From the NCBI RefSeq assembly GCF_006345805.1, contig NC_043002.1, forward strand, positions 43,710,001 to 43,774,000: DNA of 64,000 bases, written 5' to 3'. The position numbers and the translations under genes are program-made. Under the pieces are notes generated by a model that was not told the DNA's origin, made no database searches, and saw nothing but the letters and a program-made list of their open reading frames with translations. The DNA is from Octopus sinensis (lineage: Eukaryota). Of the stretch, positions 26,398 to 36,088 are shown piece by piece. How positions within the stretch are numbered: position 1 is the stretch's first letter; each line of letters starts with the position of its first letter.

Positions 26398-27250
26398 ATA
26401 TATATATATATCGTTTCGTTTGTATACCTACGCCCCTGAACTGGAACTGTGGTTTAAATTGGATCTGATACTCGCATATCTACGACACCCTACAAGCATT
26501 TGATGTTATTTATTTCACTGTGAGCCTACGTCTTGATTCTTACGAATCCATATAATAAAATAATATATATGATTTTATCATATGAATTCATAAGATTCAA
26601 GCTACATCAATTTCATGATCTCCCTATACCTGGAATTATGTCTTATTACGTAAATAATAAACCAAGAAACACAGGCTCAAAAATAGAAATAGAAAAGTTT
26701 GCATATTTGGAAGCCTGCGTAGTCAAAATTTTGGGTAAATATTTTAACTTGATTAATGTCAGTCGAAGCTTACGGAGAGTATTACTATTGTTTATGAACT
26801 TAAAAACAATGAAGACAAATCATCGTATTTTAAGATTGAACAAGGATGATAGAAGGAGAAACTAGAAAACTAGTTTAATCAGACCTGAAGATGCTGGGCT
26901 TCACAGGCAAGATGATTCTGTATTGAGAGAGGAATAGCATTGTGCCTTAATTGTAGACCTGGACAAACCATACCACCATAAAAAAACAGTGATGATGACG
27001 ATGATGGAGGCGATAAAAATCTTCATTTTCAACCATCCTCGTAATCAGATAAAATCATTAAAAACGATTCTCCCAAGATACACTTATAACAATAATAATG
27101 TGTGGTAAGAAGAAACTTGCTTCCCAAACACATGGCTCCGGGTTCAATCCCACTGCGTGGCACCTTGGGCAGGTGTCTTCTACTATAGCGTTTGTGCCGA
27201 CCAAAGCTTTGTGAGATTATTTGGTAGATGGATACACTGAAAGACGCCCG

Positions 27251-27292
<42 letters not shown>

Positions 27293-27758
27293 GAGGGGCG
27301 TTCAATAAGTAATGCCTCTGACCCACTTGCCTTTGTTTGATCTAGCTGAAATTATTGATATCTCTATAGATTAGGTGGCAAATTACAGCTCCGAACTAAT
27401 TGTGGTTTCTGATTTACAGGTGTTTGAAATGAGTCAAGTGGGAAATGGAGCATGTTGAGTGTCGAGCAGTGATCCGGTTTTTATATTTGAAAGGACGCAC
27501 ACCACAGGAGACTTTTAATGAAATGAAAGTAACTTATGGTGATGATGCTCCATCATATGACCTTGTAAAACGCTGGCATCGTGAATTCAAACATGGTCGG
27601 AACTCTGTGGAAACAGCTCCCAGATCTGGTCGCACCCCTTCTGCCATTGATGAGGCATCTGTCCGTCAAGTTGAGGCTGCCATTTTGGAAGATCGACGCA
27701 TAACTATTCGCCAAATAGCCCATGAGGTCAAGATTAGTACCGGGTCTGTGGAAACTAT

Positions 27759-30384
27759 TGTAACGAAAGTGTGAATATCTTCTCTGGACCTTTTGGGGGT
27801 GCGAGAAGCAATCACTTTCCGTTGCTTTAATAATCCAGATTCTCTACCAGTCAGAAACAACAAGACGCAGACGTAAATAATATATATCTACTTTATTCTC
27901 TTATGACAGTTACAAATAAGTGGTATATCTGGGTATCCCTTTGGTATAGATGTGTCAGAGCTTAACTATATCGCTGTAGAATCTACAGTGTTCAAATGCT
28001 AACGACACTGGTCAAAGATGGCGTCCGGAAAGAGGAAGATGATGTTGTCTGCAACAATTTGGTTAAAGCCTTCGGCCGACTGCTATCAGAAATGGACAGC
28101 GAGAAAATATACGTCCGTTGCCCTCGGTCGCTTTTGTCTCAAGTCACTGACTGCTGCTGGACGCTAGTGGTCAACGTCCTACGATCCCTCTGCCTCGGCT
28201 AACTTCCACGTAGGCAAATGGTCCTACTTCCGGTTGTGAAAGCACCAACCCCGCACGCGCGAAATAGAAATGGACGGTGCGCGCGCGCGCCGCTGTATAG
28301 CGTCACTACAGAGCTCCACCCCAGTGCGAAACACGACACAAAATTCCTTGTAGTGACTATAAAACTCAAGGTGGACACCAGATAACCAAATAGCACACAA
28401 TATAATAAAAATGGCAAAATTTACAACATACACAAGAAATTTACCAAAAGAGAAAAAATACTCAAAATGAGCAAAAATCAAAAGTGCATGCGTGAAGGTG
28501 GATACGTCACAAAGTAAAGAGCCTTCCGCTGACCAGCGGAAGGAAAGCAAACTCACAGTTAATGAACCTAGGCGAAATTAAAATCCAACTTCTCTAAAGG
28601 TGGTTGGTCCTGCGAAATAGCAGTTAAATCAATTGCTGCAGGAGAGGAAATGGAATCGACAGATAGATCGCTAGTAACACAAAAGGCAAAAGTGCAAGCA
28701 TGCTGGTGTGATGCGCGACACAGATAATTTTCTCTGTTAATTACGTGACCAACAGGGAAAAAATTACGCCTATACATGGCGCAGCGCATGTGAACATCCG
28801 ACGTTCTATGAGTCGGGAAAAGAATTAAGCTAACGTAAACGTGTTGCAAAAACAAGGCAGTACGTGCGGAGCAAAGGCGCATGAAATGCAATAGGGCTTG
28901 CCAGACCGAAAAAAACATCAATGAATATGCCAGTGGTTGAGCGATTATATGCCTCGTTCGTACAGGAACAAAAGTATGGCATGCCGGCGCGTTATAATGG
29001 ACAAACAACCCTCTCTATGTATACGTGACCCCTAGGGTCTATAGAAATGAGGTGTGTCCACAAAAGGCAAATTTAGCATGGAAAAACAAGCGAGAAAAGC
29101 ATGTGTGACGTATGTATGTGAGATAGATAGCATTTATGTGTGTGTACGTGTGTGCGACAGAATATACAAACAAGGTGAATGCGAGCAAAAATAAAAAATA
29201 CAGCGCATAAAAAAATGTCTCTCAGGGCTATCTCAGACAATGGAGTTAATTTACCAGTCTCTAATAGCCTGATGCACAATAGCAGTTCGTTCTGTAACAG
29301 AATGTTGAAATCACAAATGCAGATGCCGGTTGAACACAATGTGTAGCGGTTGTAGCTTCGATGCTGTGACAGGTTAACTGGAACAGAAGATCTCGCAGAT
29401 AGACTGATGCTATTAATCCTTGGTGTGCTATGCACAAACAGCAAGTGGGCTAAACTTCCGCGAGTTGCTATGTACATCTTGTGGAGGTCGACGGTGTTGA
29501 AAGGCGACGGTGGTGGAGGCGACTGTATTGGACTTGAGACAACATTGTTCTTAGTGGTGATGGCGACGAAGATAACGACGACGTGAAGTTCTAAGACGAC
29601 GATGATGATGACGAAGGCAGAGAAAAAGCATCGATGATATGATGGCGTCCGTCATTATGTTGAAGAATAAAAAAGGCTCCTTCTATAACTGTTCGAGGGG
29701 ACCGGAAACAAATCGTCGAAAGATGATGACTGCGTAGAGTTAAATCGTGTTCCGACCTGGCAGAAATACTGGATTTCTTTGTTGTTAAGTGATCTCTGGT
29801 TTTAGACCAGAATCACGTCGGGGGTCACCAGTGTAACGACTAGTGTGAATATCTTCTCTGGACCTTTTGGGGGTGCGAGAAGCAATCACTATCCGTTGCT
29901 TTAATAATCCAGATTCTCTACCAGTCAGAAACAACAAGACGCAGACGTAAATAATATATATCTACTTTATTCTCTTATGACAGTAACAAATAAGTGGTAT
30001 ATCTGGGTATCCCTTTGGTATAGATGTGTCAGAGCTGAACTATATCGCTGTAGAATCTACAGTGTTCAAATGCTAACGACACTGGTCAAAGATGGCGTCC
30101 GGAAAGAGAAAGATGATGTTGTCTGCAACAATTTGGTTAAAGCCTTCGGCCGACTGCTATCAGTAATGGACAGCGAGAAAATATACGTCCGTTGCCCTCG
30201 GTCGCTTTTGTCTCAAGTCACTGACTGCTGCTGGACGCTAGTGGTCAACGTCCTACGATCCCCCTGCCTCGGCTAACTGCCACGTAGGCAAATGGTCCTT
30301 CTTCCGGTGGTGAAAGCACCAACCCCGCACGCGCGAAATAGAAATGGACGGTGCGCGCGCGCACCGCTGTATAGCGTCACTACA
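27759..30384 (-). mobile_element. Non-autonomous LTR retroelement (Gypsy, CsRn1-like signals) nested in the mariner
   Basis: LTRs 27759-28310 and 29832-30384 (TGT...ACA, about 11 substitutions and 1 indel), 4-bp TSD CTAT (27755-27758 and 30385-30388), tRNA-Trp PBS at 29811-29830, PPT-like CTGGGGTGGAG at about 28315-28325, AATAAA on the minus strand in each LTR. Confidence 0.93.
29811..29830 (-). promoter_or_regulatory. Primer-binding site complementary to the tRNA-Trp 3' end
   Basis: + strand AATCACGTCGGGGGTCACCA versus tRNA-Trp ...AATCACGTCGGGGTCACCA (one extra G), 1 nt from the LTR. Confidence 0.9.
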
Positions 30385-31203
30385 CTATCATTCATGACCA
30401 TTTTCATATGCAAAAGGTGTCTGCCAGATGGATTTCCAGGTTGCTCACACTTTTCCAGAAGCAAGAACGCAAGAATTCCAGAAGCAAGAATTTAGGGATG
30501 TGCCAAGAAGATGAGTCAAAATTTTTTAAAAGACTGATTACACAGGATGAGACCTGGGTCCATCACTATGATCCAGAGACCAAAGCCCAGTCAATGCCGT
30601 GGAAGCACCATGACTCACCTCCTCCATAGAAGGCAAGGGTGCAGCCCTCTGCTGGCAAGGTCATGCTCACAGTCTTCTGGGACCAGGACGGAGTAGTGAT
30701 GACAGATTTCCTGGCAAAGGGTACCACAATTACAGGAGCCTATCATGTTTCACTTTTGAGGAAATTAAGAGAAGCTATCGAAACCAAGAGGCGAGGCAAG
30801 ATCAGCAAAGGCATCCTCCTCCTGCAGGACAACTCTCCGGTCCACAACTCGCGTGTCGCCAGATCAGAAGCACAGGCGTGTGGCTATGAACTCTTCCCCC
30901 ATCCCCCTACTCTCCTGACCTTGCACCCTCTGATTTTCACCTCTTCCGAGCCATGAAGTTGTTTTTGAAAGGAAAGCGTTTCCCAGATGATGCAGCCTTG
31001 ATTTCTGAAGTCACGTCGTGGTTGGAGGACCAAGCTGGGGTCTTCTACGAAAACGGTCTCCAGAACTGCATCAAACGATGGGAGAAATGCGTACCTCTGG
31101 GTTGTTCCTATGTAGAAAAAGACTAATACCTGTGCCAAGTTTTGTTTCTCTACTGCTATGGGAAGTGGGTCAGGGGCATTACTTATTGAACGCCCCTCGT
31201 ATA

Positions 31204-31264
<61 letters not shown>

Positions 31265-32058
31265 CATATGTATGTATGTATGTATGTATGTGTGAAAGTA
31301 TGTGGGTGTATGTGTATGTATGTATGTACGTACATCCGTCCGTCCTCCCATCGTCGCTTGACAACTGGTATTGGTGTGTTAAACGTCACCGTCACTTGGC
31401 TACTCGGCAAAAAAAAACCGATAGAATAAGTTCTGGAGTCGATTTGTTTGACTGAAACCCTTCAAGGCTGTACTCCAGCATGGCCGTAGTCAAATGACAG
31501 AAACAAATATAAAAAATAAGAATAAATAAATAAATATTTCTTTATCAGACAGTGTACAGTGTTTATAGTAGCGACAAACTTTACAAAAAGAACAAAAAGG
31601 GAAGAAAAAAAAAGAAAGAAGCCCGTATAATTCATAGAAATTCAAAACCGTTCTTAAACGACCAATTTGCTTTCATTATAAACTAAATAAATCAAAATAA
31701 AGTTACTTTAAGCTGATAGTTAAAACTTCGATAAGCAAAATTACAACACATCTTGCACATATAATCGTTGGTAAGCAAAACTTTTTATGACTACACTTAA
31801 TACTTGAACCTCAAATATAAATATTTGATTACTTCATCATGTCAGCGAGAATAATGTTAAAAAAAAAATCTTCGTAAATTAAAAGTTAGGGTTGAACGTG
31901 TAAACGTCTGTGAGGCAAATCGTGTCATATCGATTAATTAAAAATCTGAATTCAGACTGTTATCTTTGGTCATCTAATTTGTGTACATAAGGTTATATAT
32001 ATATAACCTTTTCTTGCACCTGGTACAATGTATTGATTATCTTACAATGTAAACATTG

Positions 32059-32072
32059 CTGTCCATAGCAAC
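32059..32072 (+). promoter_or_regulatory. RFX X-box-like element upstream of IFT54
   Basis: CTGTCCATAGCAAC: perfect 3' half (CCATAGCAAC) and 12/14 match to GTHNYYATRRNAAC, about 300 bp upstream of the ATG of a ciliary gene. Confidence 0.6.
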
Positions 32073-32367
32073 GGACCAAGCGAGGACGCAGTAATAATTG
32101 AGCGGATGTCGGCGTTGCGCAGCTGCCCAGATGCATGCTGGTCTACTATTCCTAGCCTGACGACGACGTAAACATGGCATTGTTGTCAAAGTTTTCGTAT
32201 TAGTTTAATGAGTATATGGGTATCTTATAAAGTTATTACTTAGTTGAACATCTTTAAGAAAAACAAGAAGAGGAACCCAGCAAAATTCAACTAAAAGAAA
32301 GTCGGCTCTAATTAACAAACTTATTTATGTACCAAATGAATAGAAAATAAAATATATTTTAAGAAGG

Positions 32368-32490
32368 ATGGATACCAAAATTTTCAAAAGAACACAGGAT
32401 ACGCTTGGTAAAATCATCGTAAGGCCACCCTTGACAGATAAACTCTTAGCAAAGCCTCCTTTTAGGTTCCTCCATGATATTATAACATCT
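32368..32490 (+). CDS. TRAF3IP1: Coding exon 1 of intraflagellar transport protein 54 (TRAF3IP1/MIP-T3), N-terminal calponin-homology domain
   Basis: Translates [41 protein letters not shown] (41 aa), matching the conserved IFT54 N-terminus (human [41 protein letters not shown]). Followed by a phase-0 donor, ACATCT|GTGAGT. Confidence 0.96.
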
Positions 32491-32669
32491 GTGAGTAGCT
32501 ATTCTACATGTTACTACGTTATTTTATTTTATATTATATTTAAATGTGAACTCTACGTGAGTGAATACGAACTTGCAAATATATAAATGTATGTGTGTAT
32601 GTGCGCGCGCGTTAACATCAAAACTTCGAACTCACTACTGAAATTTTCTAAACAAAAATTATATCTATG

Positions 32670-32700
<31 letters not shown>

Positions 32701-32707
32701 GAATATG

Positions 32708-32766
<59 letters not shown>

Positions 32767-33191
32767 ATAACTTTCATCTTTTACTTATTTCAGTTATTAA
32801 ACTGCGGTCATGCTGGTGCACCGCCTTGAAGAAGTTTTAGTTGAAGGAATTGACCTCAGTGCTTCTTTTTTTTTAAAGCCTGGTACTTAATCTATTGGTC
32901 TTTTTTACTGAGCCGCTAAGTTACAAGAACTTGACCGGTTGTCAAGTGGTCGTGGGAGATAAACACACAGACGCACACACATATATACGCCAGTCTTCTT
33001 GTAGTTTCCATTTACCGATCCACTCAAGGCCTTGGTCAATCGGAGGCCATAGTAGAAGACGCTTGCCGAAGGTACCACGAAGTGGGACTGAACCCGGAAC
33101 CAATGGCTGGGAAGCAAACTTCTTGCCACACAGCCACGCCCACGCTTATATATAGCTATAAAACACACACAATCACGTACGCACACATTTT

Positions 33192-33249
<58 letters not shown>

Positions 33250-33254
33250 TATAA

Positions 33255-33917
33255 CCGAATTGAACCAGCCAGGATCCCTGGCCTGGTGGTACGTAAAAAG
33301 CACTATCCGACTCGTGGCCGTGGCACGTAAAATACTCCAATGCGACCGTACGACAGGCACCCATGCCAACCCCCTTTGCTTGTGAAGACATGTTGGGGCA
33401 AGCGAAATCGAAATCGAATTGAACCAGCCAGGATCCCTGGTCTGGTGGTACGTAAAAAGCACTATCCGACTCGTGGCCGTGGCACGTAAAATACTCCAAT
33501 GCGACCGTACGACAGGCACCCTTGCCAACCCCCTTTGCTTGTGAAGACATGTTGGGGCAAGCGAAATCGAAATCGAATTGAACCAGCCAGGATCCCTGGT
33601 CTGGTGGTACGTAAAAAGCACTATCCGACTCGTGGCCGATGCCAGCACCGCCTCGACTGGCTTCCGTGCCGGTGGCACATAAAATACACCAATCTGACCG
33701 TGGCCGTTGCCAGCCCCGCCTGGCACCTGTGCAGGTGGCACGTAAAAAGCACCCACTACACTCACGGAGTGGTTGGCGTTAGGAAGGGCATCCAGCTGTA
33801 GAAACATTGCCAAATTAGACTGGAGCCTGGTGCAGCCTTCTGGCTTCCCAGAACCCCGGTCGAACCGTCCAACCCATGCTAGCATGGAGAACGGACGTTA
33901 AACGACGATGATGATGA
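33255..33917 (+). mobile_element. RTE-type LINE 3' UTR with a 159-bp module in about 2.4 tandem copies (further tails about 39330-39536, 42560-42762, 45905-46080, 51400-51636, 53780-54160, 57180-57495, 57770-58575)
   Basis: GAATTGAACCAGCC at 33257, 33416 and 33575; conserved end GGAGTGGTTGGCGTTAGGAAGGGCATCCAGCTGTAGAAAC...GGACGTTAAA(CGA/TGA)n. RTE assignment rests on recalled similarity to RTE 3' UTRs. Confidence 0.65.
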
Positions 33918-33942
33918 TATATATATATATATATATATATTT

Positions 33943-34731
33943 ATAATTAATCAATATAGGGTGGCAAAAAATTTTGTAGAATTTTTTTGCCACCAGCGGC
34001 CTAGTGGGAAAAAATTAAATAGTCATAGACCATTTTTAAGTTCAACATCAACAATCAAGGAACGGCCATAATAGGCCATTCACCCACTAGAAATAACAGC
34101 CAAAGCTTCAACCGCAAATAAAAATCAATTCCGTAAACCAGGAGAAAATTTAAAAAACATTTACCCTGTAATTTCTTATACGATGCACCGTTTCATCTGC
34201 TGTTTAATGGTAAACTAACCTGATTAAATTAAATCAAGCCAATCTTGCATAGGCCCTCAGATTCTTCAGTAAGAAATAGCCAAGTCGGAACAGATATTTT
34301 CACGAGGCATTTCCGACCCTGCCAAGGCAATATCTGACCTAAAATTTTCAAATCATCGCACTCGCGCCAAATTTATCGGCAGCAAATAAATATAAGCCGT
34401 CGATTCCATTACGGAATTAACCAGAAAATTCATAATTAATCAATATAGGGTGGCAAAAAATTTTGTAGAATTTTTTTGCCACCAGCGGCCTAGTGGGAAA
34501 AAATTAAATAGTCATAGACCATTTTTAAGTTCAACATCAACAATCAAGGAACGGCCATAATAGGCCATTCACCCACTAGAAATAACAGCCAAAGCTTCAA
34601 CCGCAAATAAAAATCAATGTTTTTTAAAATTTTCTCCTGGTTTACGGAATTGATTTTTATTTGCGGTTGAAGCTTTGGCTGTTATTTCTAGTGGGTGAAT
34701 GGCCTATTATGGCCGTTCCTTGATTGTTGAT
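33943..34731 (-). mobile_element. 489-bp tandem module (1.4 copies) plus inverted segment, containing a hammerhead
   Basis: 33943-34129 is repeated at 34432-34618; 34617-34731 is the reverse complement of 34047-34160; (TA)n on both sides. Confidence 0.88.
34171..34277 (-). ncRNA. Type I hammerhead ribozyme motif with long helix II
   Basis: Minus strand ATTTCTTA-CTGAAGA-ATCTG...CAGAT-GAAAC-GGTGCATC-GTA|TAAGAAAT. Perfect 8-bp helix I, 5-bp proximal helix II, near-palindromic helix III, GUA triplet. Confidence 0.87.
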
Positions 34732-35390
34732 ATATATATATATATATATATTATGTAGAGAGAGAGAGAGGTATGTGTGTGTACACGTCATCATCATTTA
34801 ACGTCCGTTAATGATATATCCACATATGTAGGCGCAGGAGTGGCTGTGTGGTAAGTAGCTTGCTTACCAACCACATGGTTCCGGGTTCAGTCCCACTGCG
34901 TGGCATCTTGGGCAAGTATCTTCTGCTATAGCCTCGGGCCGACCAAAGCTTTGTGAGTGGATTTGGTAGACGGAAACTGAAAGAAGCCTGTCGTATATAT
35001 GTATATATATATGTGTGTGTGTCTGTGTTTGTTCCCCTAGCATTGCTTGACAACCGATGCTGGTGTGTTTACATCCCCGTAACTTAGCGGTTTGACAAAA
35101 GAAACCGATAGAATAAGTCCCGGGGTCGATTTGCTCGACTAAAGGGAGTGCTCCAGCTTGGCCGCAGTCAAATGACTGAAACAAGTAAAAGAGTAAATAT
35201 GTCTACATATAGGCACAAACATGGTTGTGGGGTTAAAAAGTTTGCTTTTGTACCACATGCTTTTGAGTTAAGCCACGCCGGGCAGTGTACCTTGGGTAAG
35301 TGTCTTCTATTAGAGCCCAAGGCCAGCTAACGCCTTGTGAGTGAATTTAATACATGGAAACTGTAGAAGCCTATATATATATATGTATAT

Positions 35391-35520
35391 TTTTTAGGGA
35401 GTTATGGCTGATCATAGAGTGACCATTGGTTTTAGGCAGCTTACCAGACTCAAAGTATTTTCTAGGTGAAAAACCTATGGTCAGTCTATGACTAGCCATA
35501 ACTTTTAATGCCCTAAAAAT
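35391..35520. repeat. Short imperfect hairpin/MITE; a related element lies at about 36153-36335
   Basis: TTAGGG..GTTATGGCTGATCATAGAGTGACCAT / ATGGTCAGTCTATGACTAGCCATAAC..CCCTAA; both share GTCATAGAGTGACCA. Confidence 0.6.
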
Positions 35521-35580
35521 ACATTACTACTCTTAATGCTTTAGAGTGTGCTTCTTTTTCGGATATACGAGCTACTGTCA

Positions 35581-35611
<31 letters not shown>

Positions 35612-35740
35612 AGTAGTTGAATGAATTATCTTGTTATGGATAATTCGGTTAACCGATACCTGGGTAGCAAATTCACATCAGAGAAGACACGTTTGAAGTT
35701 ACGTGCTTTCATGTGGAAATTTGTATGTTTTTTTTTTTAA

Positions 35741-36088
35741 ATATAAATATATGAAAGAATGGAGTTGAACAACGAATTAACTAAATTCCTTTATTTCGAC
35801 ATATGTTTCGAAGGCTGCATATTCCTAATTGCGAAGGAATAAGGAGTATATTATGCCACTTTCTCATCAGGAAAAGCAAGGAACTTATGGGCTCTGTGTG
35901 AGCAGTCATCTAAAAGTTTTTTGTGCATCTTGATGTTGACATAAGTTCCTTGCTTTTCCTGATGAGAAAGCGGCATAATATACTCCTTATTCCTTCGCAA
36001 TTAGGAATATGCAGCCTTCGAAACATATGTCGAAATAAAGGAATTTAGTTAATTCGTCGTTCAACTCCATTCTTTCATATATTTATAT
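35741..36088. mobile_element. Fold-back PLE pLTR insertion with two intact hammerhead motifs (35786-35883 -, 35946-36043 +)
   Basis: 149-bp arms (35741-35889 and 35940-36088) with 2 mismatches and a 50-bp spacer. + strand TTTC-CTGATGA-GAAAGCGGCATA...TATGCAGCCTTC-GAAAC-ATAT-GTC|GAAA. Confidence 0.9.

Larger units (their letters stand above)
27292..31199 (+). mobile_element. irritans-type mariner (DD34D), 1278 bp after removing the nested LTR element and one TSD copy; transposase pseudogenised
   Basis: 37-bp TIRs with 1 mismatch (27292-27328 and 31163-31199) and TA flanks. ORF from 27445 rejoins in frame as SVET-IIHDHFHMQKVSARW; motifs QDETW, QDN and SPDLAPSD with 34-residue spacing. A TAG at 30627-30629 and a 1-nt deletion near 30905. 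Confidence 0.96.

Noticed and set aside
27996-30495. 68-146 aa ORFs inside the LTR element as gag or accessory genes
   Set aside because: Most lie in the LTRs or lack any gag, protease, RT or integrase motif.
33255-33640. GTGAAGAC...GCGAAATCGAAATC in the 159-bp repeat as a hammerhead
   Set aside because: The core begins GUG instead of CUG, and helices I and III cannot be formed.
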